Assembly (NCBI GenBank): GCA_039028615.1
Contig: JBCCHT010000007.1
Location: 192,001-256,000 of the forward strand
Source: Myxococcota bacterium
GTDB lineage: Bacteria > Myxococcota_A > Polyangia > Nannocystales > Nannocystaceae
DNA: 64,000 nucleotides
Direction: 5' to 3'
Of this stretch, positions 1 to 9,199 are shown one piece after another. A program made the translations under genes and the position numbers. How positions within the stretch are numbered: position 1 is the first letter of the stretch; every line of letters begins with the position of its first letter. The notes under the pieces were generated by a model, which worked only from the letters and a program-made list of their open reading frames with translations, made no database searches and was not told the DNA's origin.

Positions 1-1
1 G

Positions 2-1471
2 TCCAGCGGGGCGGTCGATTCAACCGGGGACGAATCCACGGGCCGGCCGATCGACGACTGCGGTGCGGGTGACGAGCCCGACCTGCGGGGCCTCGATACC
101 GACGGCGATGGCATCGACGGCTCCGTGCCGTGCTCGGTGTTCGTCGACAGCAGCACGGGCGACGACACCAACGACGGGCTCACAATGGACACGCCGGTCG
201 CCACCCTTAGCCGAGGCATCGAGCTCGCAGCCGACTCGGGCTCGTTCCTGGCGGTCCTGGTCACGGCCGGAACCTACGAGGAGTCGGTGAGCCTCGCGTC
301 CGGCGTCGGCGTGTATGGAGGCTACGCGTCGGGCACGTGGACCCGCGACTTCGACCCCACGATCATCCAGAGCAACGAATCTCCCACCGTCGCCGCGTCC
401 GCCCTCACCCTCCCCACGCGCCTCCAGGCGCTGACCATTCGCGGGCCGAACTTGGAGTCGGGCGGGCAGGCCTCGATCGCGGTGCTGGCCGTGGACATCG
501 ATGAAGGCATGCTGTCCGTGGACGCCTGCACGATCGAAGGTGGCCAGGGAGGCGACGGAGAGGATGGGTTCGACGGCGCCGCCGGAGGCGACGGCAGCCT
601 CGGAGGAGACTCGGCCTGCGGCATCATCGGCGGCAACCGAGGTACCGGCAACGTCTGCCCCAGCACCCCGGGTGACCCGAGCACGGATGGAGGACCGCTG
701 GCCTCGGGAGGCCTCGGAGGAGCGCCGGGCATCAGCCACTGCGACGACGAGTGCAATGACGTCGGCACCGACGGCACCGAAGGCTCGCCCGGCACCGACG
801 GCCCCCACGGCGTCGGCGGGACCGCGCCCGACGACTCGCTCGGGGCCTTCGATGTCGACGCGGCGTGGCTCGGCCCGCTGGGCAATCCGGCCACGGTCGG
901 CGGCCACGGCGGGGGTGGTGGAGGCGGAGGCGCGGGAGGTCACGACGACGACCTCGACTTCGGCTGTGCCACCGTCGGCTTCAAGGTCGCGTTTGGTGGC
1001 CCGGGCGGCATCGGAGGTGGAGGCGGCTGCGGAGGCGAAGCAGAAACCTCCGGTACGCCGGGTGGCGCATCGATAGGGCTCGTGGCCGTGCGCTCGTTCG
1101 TCATCGTCGACGGCAGCTCGATCGTGCTCGGCACCGGAGGCGCGGGAGGCCACGGCGGTCACGGAGGCCACGGAGGCGTGGGCGGCAACGGAAGTCCGGG
1201 GGCGTCGGGCTTCAACGACGGTGGTGATGGGGCCGACGGCGGTGATGGAGGCGTCGGCGGAGGCGCGGGAGGCTGCGGCGGTGCGGCCATCGGCTTCGCC
1301 CGCGTCGGCTTCTCTAGCGTGATGGACATCGGCACCGACCTATCGGGCGGAACGACGGGCGCCCCCGGGCTCGGAGGCTCGGGCGGCACCGCGGGCGATG
1401 GCCAAACGACCGCGCCCGCGGGGGCCGATGGTTGCCCGGGCCTGGTCGAAGAACAGGCGGCCTATCCCTGA
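2..1471 (+). CDS. Gly-rich secreted/surface protein with DUF1565-like beta-helix start; 5' truncated at the window edge
   Basis: Frame is open from base 2 (SSGAVDSTGDE...DTDGDGIDG) into the track ORF; VFVDSSTGDDTNDG...ATLSRGI motif, then long GG(x)G repeats. Confidence 0.75.
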   Translation, partial: SSGAVDSTGDESTGRPIDDCGAGDEPDLRGLDTDGDGIDGSVPCSVFVDSSTGDDTNDGLTMDTPVATLSRGIELAADSGSFLAVLVTAGTYEESVSLASGVGVYGGYASGTWTRDFDPTIIQSNESPTVAASALTLPTRLQALTIRGPNLESGGQASIAVLAVDIDEGMLSVDACTIEGGQGGDGEDGFDGAAGGDGSLGGDSACGIIGGNRGTGNVCPSTPGDPSTDGGPLASGGLGGAPGISHCDDECNDVGTDGTEGSPGTDGPHGVGGTAPDDSLGAFDVDAAWLGPLGNPATVGGHGGGGGGGGAGGHDDDLDFGCATVGFKVAFGGPGGIGGGGGCGGEAETSGTPGGASIGLVAVRSFVIVDGSSIVLGTGGAGGHGGHGGHGGVGGNGSPGASGFNDGGDGADGGDGGVGGGAGGCGGAAIGFARVGFSSVMDIGTDLSGGTTGAPGLGGSGGTAGDGQTTAPAGADGCPGLVEEQAAYP

Positions 1472-1508
1472 CCCGACCGCCGCCTGTCCTGCGTGCTAGC
1501 CTCGTCCA

Positions 1509-2762
1509 ATGGCTTATCGTTGGATTGTCGTAGGGCTCGGGCTGGTGTGCGGAGGTGGGTGTGGCAGCTCTGCGCCTCCGCTGGACTCGGGTGGTAGTGG
1601 AGGCACGGAAAGCGACACCGGGGACCCTGGGGCCACGCTGGCCGACGAAACGGGCGACGACGACGGCGACGCCGAACCAGGCCCCCCGCGGCCCGTTTGC
1701 CAGCTCGAGAGCAGCTGGCACGAGACGGCACCGATGGTCGCGCCCCAAGTCAGCCCCGCGTTGATCGGCTGGCCGGAGGGCGGCGTGCTCGCGACGGGGG
1801 GTCACGGAGACACGTGCGACTCCCTCGACGAGGTCCCCACCGCCGCGGTGCAGCACTACGACCCCACGACCGACACCTGGTCCGCAATGCCCGAGCTGCT
1901 CGGTCCGCGAGTCCGTCACGCGGTCGTCGACGTCGAGGGTGTGATCATGGTGCTTGGAGGCTTCGATGGCCGTGGCTCCGCGCTGGCGACGACGGAGCGA
2001 CTCGACCCCGTCGCCGACGCGTGGGTGGCCGGTACCCCGCTGCCCCTCGCGATCGAGCATCCCGTCGCGCTGGCCATCGACGCGCGCGTGCTGGTGATCG
2101 GTCGCTCGGTCGACGACGGCTACGTCGCCTTTCGCTCGTCCGACGGGGGCGAATCGTGGCAGCCGGCCGCATCGGCACACAGCTTTGCCGCGCGGCTACT
2201 GCCGTGGGCCGACACGATGATCCTCGTCGGGACCTCCGTGGGTACCCGAGCCAAGATCTACGACTGGTCCGCGGATGCCTGGGAGGACGCGCCTCCCGAT
2301 GTAGTGCCGCACTCCCAGTGGGACACGGGCGCCAGCAACGTCCTCAACGCATCCGCGCTCATCGACACCGACCAGCTATTCGTCCTGGGCACGACGGGCG
2401 GCTCGCACCCGGAGATCGGACAGCAAGGCTACGCCGCGTTGCTCGAGCCCCCATCGAAGGCGTGGGTGGGCGGCGCCGAGGGCCCGTTCCTCGGCGATAG
2501 CAACTTCGCGACGGGGATCGGCTTCGCGCCGGGCTGGGTGCTCGTCCACCGCGGCAGCGACTGGACGTGGGCCGACGTCTACAGCCGCGATGACGATGCG
2601 TGGTGCGGCACGGCGAGCAACGAATCGCCCCTGCGTCGCCACCGGGGCATCGCATTGGGCGATGGTGCGGTGCTCTTCGCCGGAGGGCGGCAAGTCGATT
2701 CCAACTGTGCCTCCGACCGCGCTTTCGTGTGGACGCCGATGCTCGAGACGACTAGCGAGTGA
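1509..2762 (+). CDS. Kelch-repeat beta-propeller lipoprotein
   Basis: Signal peptide ending GGGC; Kelch-like repeats (VLATGG...YDPTTDTW, MVLGG...LDPVADAW, LFAGG). Confidence 0.75.
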   Translation: MAYRWIVVGLGLVCGGGCGSSAPPLDSGGSGGTESDTGDPGATLADETGDDDGDAEPGPPRPVCQLESSWHETAPMVAPQVSPALIGWPEGGVLATGGHGDTCDSLDEVPTAAVQHYDPTTDTWSAMPELLGPRVRHAVVDVEGVIMVLGGFDGRGSALATTERLDPVADAWVAGTPLPLAIEHPVALAIDARVLVIGRSVDDGYVAFRSSDGGESWQPAASAHSFAARLLPWADTMILVGTSVGTRAKIYDWSADAWEDAPPDVVPHSQWDTGASNVLNASALIDTDQLFVLGTTGGSHPEIGQQGYAALLEPPSKAWVGGAEGPFLGDSNFATGIGFAPGWVLVHRGSDWTWADVYSRDDDAWCGTASNESPLRRHRGIALGDGAVLFAGGRQVDSNCASDRAFVWTPMLETTSE

Positions 2763-3924
2763 TCGGCTCGCGCGAGCAATCGCCTTCGCTCCACACGATC
2801 GGTGTCCCCGTGTCGATCACCTCGAAATCCGTCCACGACAGCGCCTTGAGGTCGTGAGGGCCGAACTCCACCTCTGCCCAGCTCGCGGTGGTGAAGTCGT
2901 CCGAGGCCGCGGTGAATGTGATGTTGCCGGCATCCGCCAACACGATGCCGTAGCGCTGCATCGCCTCGGCCACCACCGTCGCCGCAGGAGACAGCCCGGA
3001 CAGATCGGCATCCGCGCGGAGGCGCAGCCGGGCCGAGTAGGGTGGAGCCTCGGCCGGACCCGAGGTCGCGGGGGTGGAGTGCGTCCCCGGGCGTACGTAG
3101 ATGTCGTCGCGGATGTTCGCGTTGGGCACGATGAAACGAATCGCGTGGGCGATCTCGCCGCTGGCCACCTCGTCGGCGGTGAAGGTCAGCGCGGCGATGG
3201 GCAGGCCCGATGCGTCGGCGCTGGTGCAGTAGTCACCGCGCAGCGTCTCGTCGTAGTCGCGATCGAGGTCCCACACCGCCAGGCATCCGCCCTGGTACGC
3301 ACCCGAGCCCGCAAAGTCGGCCCGCCACTGCTCGTAGAGCCGACACTCTTCGCGGTCGATCACGATGAGGTGGCAGTCGCCGCCGCCATCGCAGGTGTAG
3401 CCCTTCTCCCCCTCGAGGTGCCCGCCCTCGGGTACGGGGACCGGGGCGGGGTCGCAATCTGGGCTGAAGAAGTCCCCCGTGGGCGTGAACATCTCGCGCG
3501 GGGTCTCGGAGTCCGCCTCCTGGATGGTGAGCGAGAAGTCGACCTGAAACCCCACGTCGGGATCGATGTTGGCCTCCAGGTAGTTCACCACCGCCTCGGA
3601 ATCCGCGGCGACCGGAGCCTCGGTGATGTCCGTGTTCCACGGCATCGACGGCCCGAACAGCTGCCCCGGCGCATTGCCGCATGCATCTCCCGGGACATCC
3701 GTGTCCGTGCCTTCGTCGGAGGTGGCGGGCTCGGTGCCCTGGGAGGTCGAGGTGTCGTCGGCCACATCGGAGGTGGACGCGGTGCTCGAATCTGTGGACA
3801 CGGGCTCGGTCCCGTCGGTGGCCGTGGAAGAGCCGCCCGCGGTCGTGCCATCGCCCTCGGTACCGCCTCCGCATCCGAACGAAACCACGACCACGCACAC
3901 TACGGTGTATCGACGCCAAGCCAT
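2752..3924 (-). CDS. Uncharacterised lipoprotein with Ser/Thr-rich linker
   Basis: Lipobox SFGC, S/T/D linker, globular domain (PWNTDI...GDCHLIV...SADASGLPI...QRYG). Confidence 0.75.
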   Translation of the reverse strand: MAWRRYTVVCVVVVSFGCGGGTEGDGTTAGGSSTATDGTEPVSTDSSTASTSDVADDTSTSQGTEPATSDEGTDTDVPGDACGNAPGQLFGPSMPWNTDITEAPVAADSEAVVNYLEANIDPDVGFQVDFSLTIQEADSETPREMFTPTGDFFSPDCDPAPVPVPEGGHLEGEKGYTCDGGGDCHLIVIDREECRLYEQWRADFAGSGAYQGGCLAVWDLDRDYDETLRGDYCTSADASGLPIAALTFTADEVASGEIAHAIRFIVPNANIRDDIYVRPGTHSTPATSGPAEAPPYSARLRLRADADLSGLSPAATVVAEAMQRYGIVLADAGNITFTAASDDFTTASWAEVEFGPHDLKALSWTDFEVIDTGTPIVWSEGDCSREPITR

Positions 3925-3957
3925 GCGCCCATCGTAGCGCGTCCTCGCGGCGTCGAC

Positions 3958-5148
3958 CTACGGTTCGGGGCGCTGGAACCAGTCGACGCCGCACGCGATC
4001 GCATGGCGCTCGAGCGCCACGTCCAGCGCATCGACATCGAGCTGGCGATCGTCCTGACGCCAGATGCGGTCGATGACCAGGCCTCCGTCGCGCACGCGCC
4101 CCTCGAGCCGCCCCACCAACTGCCCGCGATGGAGCAAGGGACACACGTACCAGCCCCACCGACGCTTGGCCGCGGGCTTGTAGACCTCCCAGATGTACTC
4201 GAAGCCGAAGACCTGAGCGACGAGTTTTCGGTCCCACAGCACGGGGTCCAGCGGCCCCAGGATGCGCATGCGCCCGTCGTCGCGCCGACGCGGACGATCG
4301 AAGGACCCCTGCGGGGCGAGGTAGGTACGGCGCGACCCCGCGACCTGCACCCACTCGAGCTTCCCTTGCTCGATCAACCGATCGGGCAACGAGGACTTGA
4401 AGACCGGCTCGAGCATCGACCAACACGGCCCGGTGGCGCGCGCGAGTAGGCCCGCCGCCTCGACGCGCTCCATCAACGCCCACTCCCCGAACGACTGCGT
4501 CGCCTCGCGGGTGGCCTCGGCGGGCAAGCACCGCGAGGGCAGGTCGTAGCGCTTGGTCCCGCCGCTACGCTCGACCACCACCACCCGGCAGCGATTGCAC
4601 AAGATCTCCAGCGCCATCGAGGTCATGGAGGAAGTGCCCTTCCACCCCGACCAGTCGTTGGGGATCACCGTGCCGTGGTCGCTGAGCTCAGCCGACGTGC
4701 TGGGACCGCGCTGTTCGATCTCGGCCACGATCGCGTCCAGCACCTGCGGTGGGACCTGTCGCGTCTTTCGGCTGAGTCTCCACCAGGGGTTCGCGGCCGC
4801 TTCCTCGCGATAAAACGGAAACGCGCTCGCGGGGAGCAAGCAGCGCTCCTTAGCGAAGTGCTCGAACCCGTGGCCACTCAGGCACGCCCGGTAGACGTCA
4901 CCTCGTTCGATGTCGTCCACTCGCGCCAAGGCGACGAGATCGGCGTTGGTCCCCATGGGGTCGAGCGGATCGAGCTGAATACAGCGCAGGGACTTCAGCA
5001 CCGCACGAATGCCCGCCAGACCACGCCGCGCGTTCATGCGGCGCAGGCCCAGCTGCGTCAGCAAGAAGACACGGGCCTGCTCGGGGCTGATGACGCGAGG
5101 CTTCGACACGAGGGACTCAGTCGGTGGCTTCGGCTTCGCCTTCGCCAT
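3958..5148 (-). CDS. ycaQ: YcaQ/AlkZ-family (HTH_42) crosslink-repair DNA glycosylase
   Basis: IQLDP (QxD) motif near N-terminus; C-terminal DPVLWDR...FGFEYIWEVYKPAAKRRWGWYVCPLL signature. Confidence 0.85.
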   Translation of the reverse strand: MAKAKPKPPTESLVSKPRVISPEQARVFLLTQLGLRRMNARRGLAGIRAVLKSLRCIQLDPLDPMGTNADLVALARVDDIERGDVYRACLSGHGFEHFAKERCLLPASAFPFYREEAAANPWWRLSRKTRQVPPQVLDAIVAEIEQRGPSTSAELSDHGTVIPNDWSGWKGTSSMTSMALEILCNRCRVVVVERSGGTKRYDLPSRCLPAEATREATQSFGEWALMERVEAAGLLARATGPCWSMLEPVFKSSLPDRLIEQGKLEWVQVAGSRRTYLAPQGSFDRPRRRDDGRMRILGPLDPVLWDRKLVAQVFGFEYIWEVYKPAAKRRWGWYVCPLLHRGQLVGRLEGRVRDGGLVIDRIWRQDDRQLDVDALDVALERHAIACGVDWFQRPEP

Positions 5149-7084
5149 CGGCTTCGGCCTCGGCCTTCGGTGCCTCGCCCCAGTCGTTGCGCAGGGTCTC
5201 GGCGTCGACGGTCATCGGGTAGCGGCGCAGGTTCTCGGCCTCGTAGATGGCATGGCTCTCGGGGCCGCCCACGAACGCGATCTTGTCGGCGAGGTCGGGT
5301 CGGTTGTTGGCCACCCAGTTGAACAAGCGCTCGGGATCGCCATCCTCGGGCAAGATCGCGAGCACCAGGTGCACCGAGGCGCCGCCGCCCAGGTGTTGGC
5401 CGGCCACGCCCTGGCCCATGGTCTCGGCGTGACCCAGAGCCCCCGCCGCCTCGAGCACGGGCAGGGCCGCATCCTGCGCGGGGCCGTCGGCCACGATGAC
5501 CACGTCGATCACGGTCTCGGTTGCGCGCCCCCGCAGCTTGTTGGTGATGGCTTCGAACAGCACGCCCATCTGCGAGCGATCGTCGGCGGTGAGGAACACC
5601 CGCCACGCGACGAAACCGAGCACGCCGATGAAGGGCGTGCCCCACAGGACGATGTCGAACAGCGCCCCGTAGCGCGACATCTCGGCGGCACCGTCCTCGG
5701 CCCCGAGCATCTGGCGAGCGGAGTAGATGGCCCCGCCCAGCGTGGCAATGATCCCCATGAGCCAGGGGATCCGCGTGCCTCGGAGATATTCGCCCCAGGT
5801 CATGCCCGCAAAGCGGAAATACGCCCACAGGTACCAGAAGGTACTGAGCGTCTGAGAGACGAGGCGCGAGTAGATGAGGCCCGCGAAGCCGTAGGCGGGC
5901 CCCAACGGGATGACCATCAGCACGAGGATGCCCGTGTTGATCATCGCCCGCGTGAACTCGAGGCCGACCTTGCCCTGCGAGCGTAGGCTCGAGGAGACGA
6001 TGGAGGTCAGCAGGACGACGGCATCGCCGAAGGCCATGGTGCGCAGGGCCCAGGCGGCATCGGGCACGCTCTCGCCCGTCCACACCAGCAGCGCCTCGGG
6101 GGCAAAGAGCGCGAGGAAGGCGAACGAGGTGCCGCCCATGAACGCGTCGGCCTTGGAGCCCTTGAGGAACAGCATGCGCTCGCGCAAGCGCTCGCCGCCC
6201 GCCCGCAGGCTGGCGAACGCGGGCAGCAGCGGCGCGATGACGGCCTCGGATGCGGTCTTGCCCAGGCGGATCAGCTTGTCGGCGAGTTCGTAGATGCCCA
6301 CCCACTCCACGCCCATCAGCCAGGACAGCAGCAGCTTGATGCTCTGCAGCACCACGGTGTTGACCACCGAGAGCATCTGGAAGCGCCCGCCGACCGAGAT
6401 GATCTTGCGCAGACCGTCGCGCGAGATGTAGCGCGGCGAGATGTGTACCTGCGGCAGGCGGCGGCGCACCATCGAGTAGGCCGCGATGTTGATCACCACC
6501 TGGCCCACCCCCACGCCCACCGCGAGGCCGAGCAGGCCGTGGCCCATCAGCAGCAGCGGGAGCGAGACCGCGAACTCGACCATCGAGGCGAGCACGTAGA
6601 GGCGGTAGGTGAGGTCGATGCGCTGGAGCCCGGCGAGCACCTCGAGGGTGCAGCCGACCGTCATGCGGAGCAGGACGGTAAAGATGATCACCACCAGAGC
6701 GATCGCGGCATCCGGGGCGAGCTCGGCCGGGACTCGCAGCGCGAGCAGTAGCGCTTCGCCCCACCACCAGGCGACCCCGAGGCCGATCACCCCAATGGGT
6801 GTGACGAGGGCGATCCCCGATCCGATGATGTGGGTCAGCTCGTCGTAAGTGCCCTTACGGACGCACTCGGCCGTGAACTTCGTGTACGCGAGCCCGAGGC
6901 TTGCGTTCGACATTTGAACGTAAGCCGCAACGCTGAAGACGAGCGTCCAGACACCGTAGCCCGGCAGCCCGATCGCTCCGATGATCACCGGGGTCAGGAT
7001 GAAGCGCGACAAAATGCGCCACAGCTGGGCGGCGCCACCCGTGAGCGAGCTTCGAGCCAGGGTCTTGATGTTGATCGCGGTCAC
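5117..7084 (-). CDS. Wzx/MurJ-like polysaccharide flippase with C-terminal soluble receiver-like extension
   Basis: 12-14 hydrophobic segments; ILTPVII...GYGVW flippase N-terminus; about 130-aa soluble tail. Confidence 0.8.
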   Translation of the reverse strand: MTAINIKTLARSSLTGGAAQLWRILSRFILTPVIIGAIGLPGYGVWTLVFSVAAYVQMSNASLGLAYTKFTAECVRKGTYDELTHIIGSGIALVTPIGVIGLGVAWWWGEALLLALRVPAELAPDAAIALVVIIFTVLLRMTVGCTLEVLAGLQRIDLTYRLYVLASMVEFAVSLPLLLMGHGLLGLAVGVGVGQVVINIAAYSMVRRRLPQVHISPRYISRDGLRKIISVGGRFQMLSVVNTVVLQSIKLLLSWLMGVEWVGIYELADKLIRLGKTASEAVIAPLLPAFASLRAGGERLRERMLFLKGSKADAFMGGTSFAFLALFAPEALLVWTGESVPDAAWALRTMAFGDAVVLLTSIVSSSLRSQGKVGLEFTRAMINTGILVLMVIPLGPAYGFAGLIYSRLVSQTLSTFWYLWAYFRFAGMTWGEYLRGTRIPWLMGIIATLGGAIYSARQMLGAEDGAAEMSRYGALFDIVLWGTPFIGVLGFVAWRVFLTADDRSQMGVLFEAITNKLRGRATETVIDVVIVADGPAQDAALPVLEAAGALGHAETMGQGVAGQHLGGGASVHLVLAILPEDGDPERLFNWVANNRPDLADKIAFVGGPESHAIYEAENLRRYPMTVDAETLRNDWGEAPKAEAEADGEGEAEATD

Positions 7085-7324
7085 GGGTGCACGACGAGAG
7101 TCCCGGGCCTGACGAAGGTCGTCAAGTCGACTCGCGTTTTACCCTTTCAGTGCCAACGAACGCGCGAGTCCTCGCACACGGAAGAGACCCCCTCAGTTGC
7201 CGCAACCGCGTCGTGACACCTCACGTGAAACCGGCTCGCGAAGACGCAGGTCGATGCTGCATCTGTCGGTCCTCATGCTAGGACGTGCGCCTCGGAGCGG
7301 GGGACTCCACCAGAAAGATCCACG

Positions 7325-8434
7325 ATGAAACTGCGTCTGTTTGCGTTCTTGATCCCGGGCCTGATCTCCGTCGGCTGTGCGACCGAAGAGGTCGACAACG
7401 AGCGGCTCGAAAACCGCGCGGCTGCGTTCGGAAGCTGCGTGCCCGATGACTGCGGCGGCCAATCGACCAGCGGCTCCTGCTACTGCGACTCCCTGTGCAG
7501 CTTCTATGGTGACTGCTGCGGCAACTACGAGGCCACCTGCGACGGCGACGATCCGCTGCCCGAGCCCGAGCCCGAGCCCGAGTTGTGCCTGCAGGACGAC
7601 GCCTGCGACGCGGGCGAGGTCTGTGACATGAGCGTCTGCCTGTCCAACTGCCCCGACGGCGGAATCTGCCCGGCGGTGTGCTGGGGCCAGTGCCTCGAGT
7701 CCGACGCCCAGTTCTGCGGCGGCTTCGCGGGCATCGAGTGCCCCGAGGGTCAGGTTTGCGTCGACAACCCCAACGACGACTGCGATCCCGCCAACGGCGG
7801 AGCCGACTGCGGTGGCTTCTGCGAGGACGCCCCCGTGCTCGACCTGTGCCTGCAGGACAGCGGCTGCGAGGCGGGCGAGGTCTGCGACATGAGCGTCTGC
7901 CACTCCAACTGCCCCGACGGCATGATCTGCCCCGCGGTGTGCTGGGGTGAGTGCGTCGAGTCCGACGCTCAGTTCTGTGGCGGCTTCGCGGGCATCGAGT
8001 GCCCCGAGGGCCAGGTCTGCGTCGACAACCCCAACGACGACTGCGATCCCGCCAACGGCGGAGCCGACTGCGGTGGCTTCTGCGAGGACGCCCCCGAGCC
8101 CGCCCCCAACAGCTGCGAGGGTAGCTGTGGCGAGCAGGCGGCCGGCGGCTGCTGGTGCGACGACCTGTGCACCACCTACGGCGACTGCTGCGACGACGTC
8201 GAGGTCGCGTGCAACGGCGGCACCGAGTGTGGCGACGAGGTCTGCAGCGCGAACGAGACCTGCGTGACCAACTACACCCAGCTCGGCCCCAACCGCAGCT
8301 GCGAGACCATCGACGCTTCGTGCGACGGCACCGCGAGCTGCGACTGCATGGGCGACGCCTGCGTGGCGCCGTTCGACACCTGCAGCACCGACGAGCAGAC
8401 GGGCGGCCTCGCCTGCTACTGCATCGCCTGCTAG
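7325..8434 (+). CDS. Cys-rich lipoprotein with two somatomedin-B-like modules and an internal 87-aa duplication
   Basis: Lipobox SVGC; CYCDSLCSFYGDCC and CWCDDLCTTYGDCC; strong GC3 codon bias. Confidence 0.85.
   Translation: MKLRLFAFLIPGLISVGCATEEVDNERLENRAAAFGSCVPDDCGGQSTSGSCYCDSLCSFYGDCCGNYEATCDGDDPLPEPEPEPELCLQDDACDAGEVCDMSVCLSNCPDGGICPAVCWGQCLESDAQFCGGFAGIECPEGQVCVDNPNDDCDPANGGADCGGFCEDAPVLDLCLQDSGCEAGEVCDMSVCHSNCPDGMICPAVCWGECVESDAQFCGGFAGIECPEGQVCVDNPNDDCDPANGGADCGGFCEDAPEPAPNSCEGSCGEQAAGGCWCDDLCTTYGDCCDDVEVACNGGTECGDEVCSANETCVTNYTQLGPNRSCETIDASCDGTASCDCMGDACVAPFDTCSTDEQTGGLACYCIAC
7583..8095 (+). repeat. Intragenic tandem duplication, 261-bp period, 2 copies
   Basis: tgtgcctgcaggac starts at 7584 and 7845; both units encode LCLQD...CDMSVC...FCGGFAGIECPEGQVCVDNPNDDCDPANGGADCGGFCEDAP. 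Confidence 0.9.
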
Positions 8435-8449
8435 TGCGATGAACGACGC

Positions 8450-8478
8450 GGGCCTCGGGCATCGCCTGCCCGAGGCCC
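8450..8478. terminator. GC hairpin between convergent genes (probable bidirectional terminator)
   Basis: gggcctcgggca-tcgcc-tgcccgaggccc, perfect 12-bp stem. Confidence 0.6.
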
Positions 8479-8536
8479 TCGGATGCCCCGCGCGGTCTTC
8501 GGACCGCTCGGGGTTTTCACGTTTCGAAGGCGGCTG

Positions 8537-9133
8537 CTACTGCCCCGACTGCAGGAAGGCCTCGCGCACGCCAGCCATGTAGTGGACCTCGCGCAGGGGA
8601 ATGAGCACGCGGCCCTCGGCATCGAGGATGTTCACGCTCAGCTCGGCCTCGTCGAGGGTGTCGGGGCGCAGCGAAGATCCGCCGTCCTTGGACTCCACCA
8701 CGGGCGCGACCTCGTCGATGACCGCGAAGGAGAAGTAGGACTGCCCGTTGTCGGCGATCTCTTCGCTGTCGAACTCGGTGCGGCGGTAAAAGCCCGGCGC
8801 ATCGAGGATGACGTTGACGTTGCCGAGCTTGTCGCCGTCGGCCGCCTCGGCGAGGAAGTCGTGAATCGAGTGGGCAATGACGAGCACGCGGATCTCGTTG
8901 CCGGTCAGCTCCCAGACCACGCACAGCGGGCAGTCGGCATCGTTGCCGCCCAAGATCGGGCGCACGGACACCGCCGTGGTCGCCTCGTCGTCGTCGGCCT
9001 CGCCAGCGTCGCCGCTGCTGGCTCCCTCGAGGGGATCGAGCATGGTCTCGGCCTCGGGAGCACATCCCGCGTAACCGAGGGCCGTGGTGAACAGCGCAAC
9101 CGCGCAACTGCGTGCAAGTCGAGTCTGGGGCAT
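8537..9133 (-). CDS. Hypothetical lipoprotein
   Basis: Signal peptide with YAGC lipobox; a CPLC motif; coding-like codon usage. Confidence 0.7.
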   Translation of the reverse strand: MPQTRLARSCAVALFTTALGYAGCAPEAETMLDPLEGASSGDAGEADDDEATTAVSVRPILGGNDADCPLCVVWELTGNEIRVLVIAHSIHDFLAEAADGDKLGNVNVILDAPGFYRRTEFDSEEIADNGQSYFSFAVIDEVAPVVESKDGGSSLRPDTLDEAELSVNILDAEGRVLIPLREVHYMAGVREAFLQSGQ

Positions 9134-9199
9134 TCGTGTCTCGAAGATCAGTGGGGGGCTACAGATCAGTTGGCACTCGGTCGGCTCGATTTGACGCAG

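Noticed and set aside
2..1471. Mycobacterial PE_PGRS assignment
   Set aside because: Similarity is only low-complexity Gly repeats; no PE domain is visible and the 5' end lies outside the window
7110..7170. Short inverted repeats in the flippase/Cys-rich gene spacer
   Set aside because: Stems of 5-8 bp are expected by chance at this GC content; no riboswitch motif recognised
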